Origin: Actinomycetota bacterium
GTDB lineage: Bacteria > Actinomycetota > Acidimicrobiia > Acidimicrobiales > Aldehydirespiratoraceae
DNA: 64,000 bases
Assembly: GCA_029979265.1 (NCBI GenBank)
Contig: JAPOHW010000006.1
Span: forward strand, 80,221-144,220
Direction of reading: 5' to 3'
Shown here: positions 37,000 to 45,225 of the stretch, piece by piece
Layout of the letters: the number at the start of each line of letters is the position of its first letter
Position numbering within the stretch: the first letter of the stretch is position 1
Made by a program: the position numbers and the translations under genes
The notes under the pieces: generated by a model
Database searches by the model: none
What the model saw: the letters and a program-made list of their open reading frames with translations, nothing else
Told to the model about the DNA's origin: nothing

Positions 37000-38285
37000 C
37001 TTGTCGCTCCCCGACGAAGACGGATCGATGCAGCGTGCGCGTCGAGACCTTCGGCACCGGCCAGGACTTCCACCGTTTCGGCGAGCGCTTCGAAACCTTC
37101 ACGTGCGACCCGCACAACATGGAGGTCCTTCATGAAGTCACGCACGGTGAGGGCACTAGCAAACCTGGCCGTACCGCTGGTGGGCAGCACGTGACTGGGA
37201 CCCGCTGCGTAGTCGCCGATGGACGCAGGCGCGTAGGCGCCACAAAAGACGGCTCCGGCATGCCGCACAAGAGCCAGCAGCGCATCGTCGTCAGCGGTTT
37301 GCAACTCGAGATGTTCGGGTGCAATGAAGTTGGCGACCGCCATCGCTTGCTCGGCCGTGGCACAGATCACTGCGACGCCCGAGGACTGCAGCGTTGCTTC
37401 GATCTCGGCGCGCCGGGGGGCCGCTGCAACCAGCCGTTCGATCGAATTCACAACCTCGTCGGCGAAGTCCTCGTTCCATGTGACGAACCACGCCAGTCCG
37501 TCAGGTCCATGCTCGGCCTGCAGAATCACGTCGACCGCTGCATAGTCGGCGGAAAACGAACCATCGGCCACGACCACAACCTCCGACGGACCGGCGAACG
37601 ACGAGGGAACACCGACCAGACCGGCAACTTCCTGCTTCGCCAACGCCACGAACACGTTGCCCGGGCCAACGATGACATCGACGGGCCGAATCGACTCGGT
37701 GCCGTACGCAACCGCAGCAATCGCCTGTGCGCCTCCAACCGAGACGACTTCGTGGACGCCAGCAATCGAAGCGGCGGCGAGCACGACATCGGGCACGGCT
37801 CCATCGGGGCCCGGCGGCACGCACAGCACGATCTCGTCGACGCCTGCGACCGAAGCGGGAATCGCCGTCATCAGCACCGTCGACGGGTACATCGCCCGCC
37901 CACCGGGGACGTAGCACGCAGCCCGTTCGACTGCCCGATGCAGACCCCGGACCGAGAGCCCTGGGTGGTCCACCGAGACATCGGTTGGCATCTGCGCCTC
38001 GTGATACGCCCGGATTCGTTCCGCCGCCGTCTCGAGAGCTCCTCGCACGCGGGGATCGACCCGATCGATGGCGGCCTCGATCTTCCCCCCATCGACGACG
38101 AGGGTGTCGAGCGACACCCCATCGAACCGCTCCGTGTAGGCACGAACCGCCGCATCACCGTCGGCACGAACCGTGGCAAGTATCTCGCGCACGGCGTCGA
38201 CAGGACCGTCCGACGGACTCGTCGGACGGGGCAGAACCTCCTCGAGAGCCGCACTGGACGTGCGGAGGTCGATACGGCGGAGCAC
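36996..38285 (-). CDS. hisD: Histidinol dehydrogenase
   Basis: 429 aa with a GTG start. It shows typical HisD blocks (YVPGG...YPSTVLM, GGAQAIAA, GPGNVFV, AGPSEV, QAEHGP, APEHLEL, GDYAAGPSHVLPT). Confidence 0.95.
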   Translation of the reverse strand: MLRRIDLRTSSAALEEVLPRPTSPSDGPVDAVREILATVRADGDAAVRAYTERFDGVSLDTLVVDGGKIEAAIDRVDPRVRGALETAAERIRAYHEAQMPTDVSVDHPGLSVRGLHRAVERAACYVPGGRAMYPSTVLMTAIPASVAGVDEIVLCVPPGPDGAVPDVVLAAASIAGVHEVVSVGGAQAIAAVAYGTESIRPVDVIVGPGNVFVALAKQEVAGLVGVPSSFAGPSEVVVVADGSFSADYAAVDVILQAEHGPDGLAWFVTWNEDFADEVVNSIERLVAAAPRRAEIEATLQSSGVAVICATAEQAMAVANFIAPEHLELQTADDDALLALVRHAGAVFCGAYAPASIGDYAAGPSHVLPTSGTARFASALTVRDFMKDLHVVRVAREGFEALAETVEVLAGAEGLDAHAASIRLRRGATR

Positions 38286-38342
38286 CCCTACACGCTACCG
38301 GCGGGGCTGTCGCTCACCCGATGGTTTCCGGCACACTGCGGG

Positions 38343-38534
38343 ATGGACTCCGACGCCGCCGAGATCTCTTCGCTCACCACTGTCATCGCCGACGCTGCAC
38401 AGCGCATCGGGACGCTCGCCGAGCGACGGACGGCGGATCCCGATGATCCGGTGGTCGGCCGCCTGCACGAGATCGAGCGTCAACTCACAACCGTGCAGCG
38501 CCGACTGCGCGACGTCGGGCGCGCACTCGGCTGA
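38343..38534 (+). CDS. Small hypothetical helical protein (63 aa)
   Basis: This is the only part of an 803-aa antisense ORF lying outside hisD. It has an ATG start and strong third-position G/C bias. Its 3' end overlaps the convergent TVP38 gene by 50 nt, so it is uncertain. Confidence 0.4.
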   Translation: MDSDAAEISSLTTVIADAAQRIGTLAERRTADPDDPVVGRLHEIERQLTTVQRRLRDVGRALG

Positions 38535-39114
38535 GCATGGTGACGCACACAATCAGCCCCAGCACGCTTCCCCACCGGAGAGATTCGGCAAACAGCCAGT
38601 CACCCACCGACGCCCCGACCAGGACCACGATCACCACGCTCGGGATGATCCCGATCGCAGTCCCGACGACGAACGGTGTCAACCGAACAGAACTGACTCC
38701 GAGCAGCCAGTCGGCGGGCGTGATCTGGCCGGTGAAGATCCGAAACAACGTGACCTCTCGAACACCACCTCGGGTCAGTCGACCGTCCCACGCCCGGAGA
38801 CGATCGCTCAACCGGTCCTGAACCCAATCACGAGCAACCCATCGCGCAAATGCAAAGGCAACGAAGCTTGCCCCCATGTTGCCGATCCAGGCGAGGGCAA
38901 TCGCCACCGGCGCCGGCCAGACCAGCGAGGCGGGGATCATGAAGACGGGCCCGGGCAACAGCATCGGCTGGAGCACCCACATCGCCACGACGAACACGAC
39001 AGGACCGAGCCAACCTCGGTCGAGCAACACGTCTTCCATCTCGCCAGCACCGACCGCAGCATTGAGCAGCACTGCCACACCGCCAACCGTTCCAACGATC
39101 AGCGCAGTCCTCAC
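38485..39114 (-). CDS. TVP38/TMEM64 (DedA-related) family membrane protein
   Basis: It is multi-TM, with VLQPMLLPGPVFMIPASLVWPAPVAIALAWIGNMGASFVAFAFARWVARDW typical of the family. I start it at GTG 39114, with AAGGTG about 10 nt upstream. GTG 39123 is also possible. Confidence 0.7.
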   Translation of the reverse strand: MRTALIVGTVGGVAVLLNAAVGAGEMEDVLLDRGWLGPVVFVVAMWVLQPMLLPGPVFMIPASLVWPAPVAIALAWIGNMGASFVAFAFARWVARDWVQDRLSDRLRAWDGRLTRGGVREVTLFRIFTGQITPADWLLGVSSVRLTPFVVGTAIGIIPSVVIVVLVGASVGDWLFAESLRWGSVLGLIVCVTMLSRVRARRRAVGAARL

Positions 39115-39140
39115 CCGTCGCACACCTTGAAGTGTGCCGG

Positions 39141-39177
39141 AAAATGACGGCGGCCACCCCCGAGGGGGTGGCCGCCG
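39141..39177 (-). terminator. Intrinsic-terminator-like hairpin plus T-tract in the leader of the TVP38 gene
   Basis: On the minus strand, a perfect 14-bp GC-rich inverted repeat CGGCGGCCACCCCC/GGGGGTGGCCGCCG (39148-39177) is followed directly by TCATTTTCC. It lies about 25 nt upstream of the TVP38 start on the same strand. Confidence 0.4.
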
Positions 39178-39428
39178 GCGACACAGGGCGGCGGATCCCT
39201 CATGTCGCCTTGCTGGCCGAGCGGCGGGTGCTCGGCCAATCCGGCACGATACACGCGATACGTGGCGCCACACAGTCCAACTGCGGCAGGGCCGCCGACC
39301 GCCTCGGTCCGCTCGGGGTCACCTCGATCGTCCCCGACAAGACCATCCTCCCCTGACCTGGTGGGGGGCGAATCGTCCGCCGGTGTCGAAGAACTTTTGG
39401 CACGGTCCCCAGTCGGTACCCTGACATC

Positions 39429-40118
39429 GTGACTCTCGACGTCGCCGGCCCCACGCCGGGCCCATTCCGCTGGAGCATCGTGGTTCCGGAAACCCGAAGC
39501 ACACTCGACATCCACGCCGAGATCGTCTCGACCCTTGCCGCCCTCGACCGGGGTCCCGTGCAGCTCTGGATTCGCGATGTCGACGACAAGGCCGATGCTG
39601 TCGCCACTGCACTGGGCTTTCGGCAGTACCGCGATCTTTGGCAGCTTCGCTGCCCCCTCCCGAACCAACCGAGTGGCCTCGCCACGTCCGCCTACACCCC
39701 CGATGATCTCGGCGAATTCCTCGGTGTCAACAACCGTGCATTTCACTGGCATCCCGAGCAAGGTGGGCTCACACCGGAAGCGGTCGAAGCGACGATGGCT
39801 GAACCGTGGTTCGACCCCGAGGGCTTCCGGCTCTACCGAGATGGTCGTGCCCTCGTAGGCTTTTGCTGGACCAAGATCCATCGCGACATCGAGCCGAATC
39901 TCGGAGAGATCTACGTCATCGCCATCGACCCTTCACACCATGGCCAGGGGCTGGGGAGACCGATGACGCTCGCGGGGCTCGAGTGGTTGGCTGCGCAAGG
40001 CCTCGAACATGGCATGCTCTATGTCGAGTCCGACAACCAGCCGGCGAATGCCACCTATGCGGCCATCGGATTTTCCCGGCACCACACCGATCGAGCGTAT
40101 GAACTCGAGTGGCCGTGA
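39429..40118 (+). CDS. mshD: Mycothiol synthase-like GNAT (MshD-like, short N-terminal domain)
   Basis: The C-terminal domain FLGVNNRAFHWHPEQGGLT...MAEPWFDPEGFRLY...IYVIAIDPSHHGQGLG...YVESDNQPANATY matches the MshD catalytic GNAT domain as I remember it. The maximal ORF is only 229 aa. Confidence 0.65.
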   Translation: MTLDVAGPTPGPFRWSIVVPETRSTLDIHAEIVSTLAALDRGPVQLWIRDVDDKADAVATALGFRQYRDLWQLRCPLPNQPSGLATSAYTPDDLGEFLGVNNRAFHWHPEQGGLTPEAVEATMAEPWFDPEGFRLYRDGRALVGFCWTKIHRDIEPNLGEIYVIAIDPSHHGQGLGRPMTLAGLEWLAAQGLEHGMLYVESDNQPANATYAAIGFSRHHTDRAYELEWP

Positions 40119-40159
40119 GCAGCCCTGTCATCCTCGGGCGGTCCCATCGGGACGCGCCG

Positions 40160-41188
40160 ATGCTCCGGTACGACCCGAGTAGGGAAGAGCTCGCCCAACT
40201 GCTTACCGGGGAGCCCGGTTACCGGGTCGAGCAGGTGTGGACCGGTATCCACGAGCGAGGACCCGAGATCGAGGAGCTGAGCAATGTGCCGAAGGCTCTC
40301 CGCGCCCGTCTCGCCGAGGAATTGCCCCTCGGACTCGTCCCCGAACACGAGTCGGTCAGCGACGACGGCGAGACGGTGAAGTGGCTCTGGCGACTCCACG
40401 ACGGCCATCACATCGAGACCGTCCTCATGCATTACGACGACCGCACCACCGTGTGCGTATCCTCGCAGGCCGGTTGTGCGATGGCGTGTGGCTTCTGCGC
40501 AACCGGGCAGTCGGGGTTCGATCGACACCTGTCGGTCGGGGAAATCGTCGAGCAAGTCGTTCGCGCCCGCCGCCAGTCGGCCCCGCGCCGCGTGTCGAAC
40601 ATCGTCTTCATGGGCATGGGAGAGCCCTTCGCCAACTACGACCGCACCTGGCGCGCAGTCGAACGACTCAATCACGACCTGGGGATCGGTGCCCGCCACA
40701 TCACGATCTCGACCGTCGGCGTCATCCCGGGCATCGAACGCCTCGCCGAGGAAGCACTGCCGGTCAATCTTGCGGTGTCACTCCACTCGGCGAACGACAC
40801 CGACCGCAATGCGCTCGTTCCGCTCAACAAGCGCTACCCCCTCGGCGAGCTCGCCGATGCATGCGCGCGCTATCGCGCCGCAACGAACCGGCGAGTGTCC
40901 TTCGAATGGGCGTTGATCGACGGTGTCAACGATCGGCCGTCCGACGTAGAGGAACTCGCAGACTATGCCCGCTCGCTCCGAGCGCACATCAACCTCATTC
41001 CTCTGAACCCAACGCCGGGCTACCCGACCCGCGGGACCCCCCTCGATCGGGTCTATGCGTTTCGAGCTGCGCTCGAAGCCCGGGGCGCCAACGCGACAGT
41101 ACGGCGCACTCGCGGGACCGACATCGATGCCGCCTGCGGGCAGTTGCGTGCGGGGCGTCAGCCGGTCGATCCGCCGCGGCGACGCTGA
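40160..41188 (+). CDS. rlmN: 23S rRNA/tRNA (adenine-C2)-methyltransferase, radical SAM
   Basis: It has the radical-SAM cluster CVSSQAGCAMACGFCATGQ, followed by GMGEP, NLAVSLH and INLIPLNP. I start it at ATG 40160 (MLRYDPSREELAQLL). Confidence 0.9.
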   Translation: MLRYDPSREELAQLLTGEPGYRVEQVWTGIHERGPEIEELSNVPKALRARLAEELPLGLVPEHESVSDDGETVKWLWRLHDGHHIETVLMHYDDRTTVCVSSQAGCAMACGFCATGQSGFDRHLSVGEIVEQVVRARRQSAPRRVSNIVFMGMGEPFANYDRTWRAVERLNHDLGIGARHITISTVGVIPGIERLAEEALPVNLAVSLHSANDTDRNALVPLNKRYPLGELADACARYRAATNRRVSFEWALIDGVNDRPSDVEELADYARSLRAHINLIPLNPTPGYPTRGTPLDRVYAFRAALEARGANATVRRTRGTDIDAACGQLRAGRQPVDPPRRR

Positions 41189-41215
41189 GCGTGACACCGG
41201 ACGCATAATGGGTCG

Positions 41216-41608
41216 GTGACCGACCGAATGTTCGTCAACCCCCGTCAGCCTCAAACGCTCTACATCTCCCAGATACTGCTCTACATCACCGCAGTGGGCG
41301 CAGTGTTGTTCCGCTCGGTCGGTGAGGGCTGGATCGAAGCGCTCCCCCTGCGGTACCTGGTTGTGCTGCTCATGACGATCGGAGCCGGTGTCGGTGCGTA
41401 CGGCATTGCGAACGCCCGCAAGTGGGGCTACCTGCTCGGCGTCGCTGCTGCGCTTGCCCCGTTCGTGATTCGTCTCGAAATCATCCGCAGGGTCGATCTC
41501 TTTGAGATGCTGCGCTGGAACCCGATCGGCCTGCTCTTCGACATTGCCATTCTTGCGGCGCTGGTTCATCCCGAGAGCCGGTCCTACCAGAAGCAGTGGT
41601 TCCAATGA
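41216..41608 (+). CDS. Small hypothetical membrane protein
   Basis: 130 aa with about 4 hydrophobic segments. Its stop overlaps the menG start (ATGA). No family recognised. Confidence 0.55.
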   Translation: MTDRMFVNPRQPQTLYISQILLYITAVGAVLFRSVGEGWIEALPLRYLVVLLMTIGAGVGAYGIANARKWGYLLGVAAALAPFVIRLEIIRRVDLFEMLRWNPIGLLFDIAILAALVHPESRSYQKQWFQ

Positions 41609-42333
41609 GTCCGAACTCGCCGATCCTTGACGAGGGCGTCACGCTCGACCCGGATTCGTTGCCGTCCGGTGAGCAGAAGCGTCGCCAGGTTCGGTCGCTG
41701 TTCGACACGATCGCACCCCGCTACGACCTGGTGAACCGCATCATGTCCTTCGGGCTCGACGTTCGCTGGCGGAAGGCGTCCATGAAGCAACTCGCCCTCC
41801 CGCCCGGTTCGGTGGTCATCGATCTCGCGTGCGGTACCGGTGACTTCTGTCGCGAGATCGAAAACAGAGGAATGGTGGCGATCGGCCTCGACCTGTCGAT
41901 GGGCATGCTCGCCGAGGCACGGACCGGTGCAGCGCTGTTGCACGCCGACATCTTGTCGATGCCGTTGGCCGAAACGGCAGTGGACGGTGCCACCTGCGGC
42001 TTTGCCTTGCGCAACCTGATCGAATTGCCGGGCTTCTTCGACGAAGTGGCCCGGGTTGTTCGCCCGGGCGGCCGGATCGCCTTCCTGGATGCCTCCCCTC
42101 CGGAAAACCCGCTGCTCCGGTTCGGTCACAGCATCTATTTCAACCGGGTCGTACCGTTGATCGGAGGTCTGCTGAGCGAAGGGCGGGCGTACCGGTACCT
42201 GCCGAAGTCGGTCGCCTATCTTCCTGCGTGGCCCGAACTGAAGCGCCAACTCGAAGCGGCCGGGTTCGTCGACGTCGAGCGGACCGTCTTCTCGGGTGCC
42301 CACCTGTTCACCGCCACCAGAGGAACACCGTGA
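41605..42333 (+). CDS. menG: Demethylmenaquinone/ubiquinone C-methyltransferase (UbiE/MenG)
   Basis: VRSLFDTIAPRYDLVNRIMSFGLDVRWRK plus the SAM motif VIDLACGTGD are present. I start it at ATG 41605. Confidence 0.85.
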   Translation: MSPNSPILDEGVTLDPDSLPSGEQKRRQVRSLFDTIAPRYDLVNRIMSFGLDVRWRKASMKQLALPPGSVVIDLACGTGDFCREIENRGMVAIGLDLSMGMLAEARTGAALLHADILSMPLAETAVDGATCGFALRNLIELPGFFDEVARVVRPGGRIAFLDASPPENPLLRFGHSIYFNRVVPLIGGLLSEGRAYRYLPKSVAYLPAWPELKRQLEAAGFVDVERTVFSGAHLFTATRGTP

Positions 42334-42683
42334 TGGTGGCTCGCGCGCTTCATCACGTCTCGTTGAACGTCGACGACGTTGCGCCAGCGGTCGAGTTCTA
42401 CGAGGCCCTCGGGTTCCGCAAGGTCCCACGCCCGGATCTCGGCTTCGATGGTGCGTGGATGACACTGCACGGCGCCGGCGAGCTTCATCTGCTCGGCTTT
42501 GCTCCACCCGAAGCGATGGGTCAGCACTTCGCCGTCCAGGTCGACGATCTCGACGCAGCACTGGCCGAACTCGCAACGCACGGCATCGCACCGGCCCGCA
42601 CCGGCGAGATCGCAGGAATCTGCCGTCAGGCCTTTCTCGAGGACCCGTCCGGCAACGAGGTCGAACTCAATCAGCCTCTCTGA
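42333..42683 (+). CDS. VOC/glyoxalase-family protein
   Basis: 116 aa. LHHVSLNVDDVAPAVEFYEALGF...HFAVQVDDL...FLEDPSGNEVEL is present. The ATG overlaps the menG stop. Confidence 0.75.
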   Translation: MVARALHHVSLNVDDVAPAVEFYEALGFRKVPRPDLGFDGAWMTLHGAGELHLLGFAPPEAMGQHFAVQVDDLDAALAELATHGIAPARTGEIAGICRQAFLEDPSGNEVELNQPL

Positions 42684-42716
42684 TCGACACGCCGAGCACT
42701 CGGTCCGTGCGTCTCC

Positions 42717-43619
42717 TCAACCACTGATGGCGAGACCGGCGGCGAAGGCGAGGCCGGAGATCAGCTGGACTTGACCGGTGAGTCCCAAGACCTTGATAAG
42801 CGCCTGCCCAGACGTGCCCTTTCCCACATCGACGCAGGCCTGGATCACGAAGGCCAAACCGAACACCACCATCAGCCCGGCAAGGCGATCGTGAACGATG
42901 CTCGTCGTGACTGCGAGTGCGAGGGCCAACAGCTGAAGTGCGATGTACACCACCCGCGTTGCAGGCGCACCGATTCGCACGGCCAGTGTGTTCTTCCCGG
43001 CCTGCGTGTCACCGGGGATGTCCCGAAGATTGTTGATCACCAGGATCGCTGTGGCCCACAGGCCGACACTGACACTCGCAAAGGCCGACAACGACGTGAT
43101 CTCCTCGACCAGCACGTAGTTCGTGCCGATCGTGGCGACCAGCCCGAAGAACACGAACACGAACACTTCACCCAGTCCGAGATACCCGTACGGACGAGGG
43201 CCGCCGGTGTAGGTCCAGCCGGCGAGCAGACACGCAGCTCCCACCACCCAAAGTTCGGGGCCGACGACGAGGGCCAAGACAGCCCCTGCCCCACCCGCGA
43301 CGGCGAAGGCGACGGTTGCAGCACGTTTGACCGCCGCCGGTTCGGCCAGGCCTGAGCCGACAAGGCGCAGGGGGCCCACGCGCCGGGCATCGTCGGTGCC
43401 ACGGATCCCGTCGGAGTAGTCGTTGGCGTAATTCACCCCAATCTGCAGCGCAAGCGACACCACGAGTGCCAGCGCGGCCCGCCACCACACAGCGTCGGTC
43501 TCGTGACCGACTGCAGCGGCGGCGCCGACGGCGACAGGCACGATCGCAGCCGGAAGGGTGCGCGGCCGAGCACCTGCGATCCAGAGGGACACACCGGCGG
43601 GCTGGTTCTCACTCATCAT
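42717..43619 (-). CDS. menA: 1,4-dihydroxy-2-naphthoate polyprenyltransferase
   Basis: It has the UbiA-family membrane protein motif NYANDYSDGIRGTDD and a second Asp-rich region (NNLRDIPGD). The ATG overlaps the purN stop. Confidence 0.9.
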   Translation of the reverse strand: MMSENQPAGVSLWIAGARPRTLPAAIVPVAVGAAAAVGHETDAVWWRAALALVVSLALQIGVNYANDYSDGIRGTDDARRVGPLRLVGSGLAEPAAVKRAATVAFAVAGGAGAVLALVVGPELWVVGAACLLAGWTYTGGPRPYGYLGLGEVFVFVFFGLVATIGTNYVLVEEITSLSAFASVSVGLWATAILVINNLRDIPGDTQAGKNTLAVRIGAPATRVVYIALQLLALALAVTTSIVHDRLAGLMVVFGLAFVIQACVDVGKGTSGQALIKVLGLTGQVQLISGLAFAAGLAISG

Positions 43620-44227
43620 CGTTGGAGATAGTCGCCGATCGCCCGGACCAGCAATTCGTGCTCGACGGCGTGCACCTTCGCCTCCAGCGATCGACGCGAG
43701 TCGTCGTGGGCGATATCCACCCGTTGGGCCGCCAGCACCGGCCCGTTGTCGACTCCTTCATCGGGAACCAGATGCACCATGACTCCGGTGTGGTCGAGTC
43801 CGTCACGCTGGTGGGCGGCCCAGGCATCATCGATCGCATGCGCGCCGGGGAACGCTCCCGGCATCGCCGGATGAAGATTGACGACCATGCCTGGAAAGCG
43901 ATCGAGGAACGCGGCACTGAACAGATGCATCCAACCGGCCTGCACCACCAGGTCAGGCTGCACCTCCCCAATCTCGCGAGCCAGTGCAGCGTCGTAGGTC
44001 TCGCGAGCTCGGCGGATATCGCCGGGGAACTCGTCACGAAACGGTCCCAGCGGCCGGTAGGCCACGGGAACGCCAGCTTCCTGCGCACGCTGTGCTGCGC
44101 GCGCCGAGCGACGGTTCACCACAACGAACACGACGTCCGCCTCGAGTCGCTCCTCTGCACATGCATCGAGGATCGCCTGAAGATTCGACCCGGAGCCGGA
44201 CGCCAGAACGACCAGCCGGGCCTTCAC
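43616..44227 (-). CDS. purN: Phosphoribosylglycinamide formyltransferase
   Basis: RLVVLASGSGSNLQAILDA...VVQAGWMHL...NLHPA fits PurN. I start it at GTG 44227, which overlaps the purM stop (GTGA). Confidence 0.9.
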   Translation of the reverse strand: MKARLVVLASGSGSNLQAILDACAEERLEADVVFVVVNRRSARAAQRAQEAGVPVAYRPLGPFRDEFPGDIRRARETYDAALAREIGEVQPDLVVQAGWMHLFSAAFLDRFPGMVVNLHPAMPGAFPGAHAIDDAWAAHQRDGLDHTGVMVHLVPDEGVDNGPVLAAQRVDIAHDDSRRSLEAKVHAVEHELLVRAIGDYLQR

Positions 44228-45225
44228 CGCCAATCCCCGACCAGGGTCACTTCGCCGGTGTCGGAGGCCACCAGCCGACCGATCACCCGGTGCCCGGCCG
44301 CTGCTGCCGCGTCGACATCGATTGCATCGATGACGGCGATGAGACCGATCCCCATGTTCCAGGTCCTGAACGATTCGGTGTCGGGAACATCACCCCACTC
44401 CACAAGCTGACGAAAGCCGGCCGGAACGGACCAGGTACCGAGTTCGATCTCAGCTGCAACACCGCCGGGGAGCACCCGTGGGATGTTCTCGAAGAAACCA
44501 CCGCCGGTGATGTGGGCGAGCGCCTTCGGTTCGACTCCGAGCGCACGGAGCTCGTCGACATCGGTCAGGTAGCTCCTGTGCGGAGTCAGCAGCCAGTCGA
44601 CAAATGCGTCGGAAGGGTCGTCGTCGCGACGGTCGAGGAGGAGCCGGATCAGGGAATAACCGTTGGTGTGCGGGCTGTCACTCGCCATCCCGAGCAGGAC
44701 ATCACCCACCTCGATCGCGTCGGTTCGAGGCCAGAGCGCGTCGCGATGCACCGCCCCGACGATCGTGCCCGCAATGTCGACGGAACCGTCGGTGTACACC
44801 CCTGGCATCTCGGCCGTCTCGCCTCCGAGAAGCGCGCAGTCCACGGCCCGACATGCCTCGGCCATCCCCGTCACGATCTCCGCCACGAGTTCGGGAACGA
44901 GTTTCGCGGTTGCGATGTAGTCGAGGAAGAAGAGCGGCCGGGCGCCCTGGACAAGGATGTCGTCGACACAGTGGTTCACCAGGTCCTGGCCGACTCCGTT
45001 CCACCGACCGTACCGCGCTGCGAGTTCGACTTTGGTCCCGACACCGTCGGTCGATGCAACCAGCACCGCACCCTCGCCGAGAGCGTCGGTCGAGAAGAGA
45101 CCGCCGAACGCGCCGAGTTCTGACAGCACGGCCGGGGTGTTGGTCGATCGCACTGCCTCGCCCATCAGTTTCACGGCTCGGTTCCCGGCATCGATGTCGA
45201 CGCCTGCGTCTGCGTAGTTGGTCAT
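44224..45225 (-). CDS. purM: Phosphoribosylformylglycinamidine cyclo-ligase (AIR synthetase)
   Basis: YADAGVDIDAGN...GAFGGLF...DGVGTK...DLVNHCVDDILVQGA...GGETAEMPG fits PurM. Confidence 0.95.
   Translation of the reverse strand: MTNYADAGVDIDAGNRAVKLMGEAVRSTNTPAVLSELGAFGGLFSTDALGEGAVLVASTDGVGTKVELAARYGRWNGVGQDLVNHCVDDILVQGARPLFFLDYIATAKLVPELVAEIVTGMAEACRAVDCALLGGETAEMPGVYTDGSVDIAGTIVGAVHRDALWPRTDAIEVGDVLLGMASDSPHTNGYSLIRLLLDRRDDDPSDAFVDWLLTPHRSYLTDVDELRALGVEPKALAHITGGGFFENIPRVLPGGVAAEIELGTWSVPAGFRQLVEWGDVPDTESFRTWNMGIGLIAVIDAIDVDAAAAAGHRVIGRLVASDTGEVTLVGDWR

Noticed and set aside
36123-38342. Most of an 803-aa plus-strand ORF
   Set aside because: It lies antisense to hisC and hisD, which are unmistakable. 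Long antisense ORFs are expected at this G+C content, and the translation is Arg/Pro/Gly-rich nonsense. Only the terminal 63 codons outside hisD (38343-38534) were kept, as a low-confidence small gene.
39111-39881. 256-aa minus-strand ORF opposite the mshD-like gene, and the long N-terminal extension of the TVP38 ORF to 39273
   Set aside because: The translations are low-complexity and Arg-rich. The mshD-like frame has clear GNAT motifs, and the TVP38 family length fits the shorter start.
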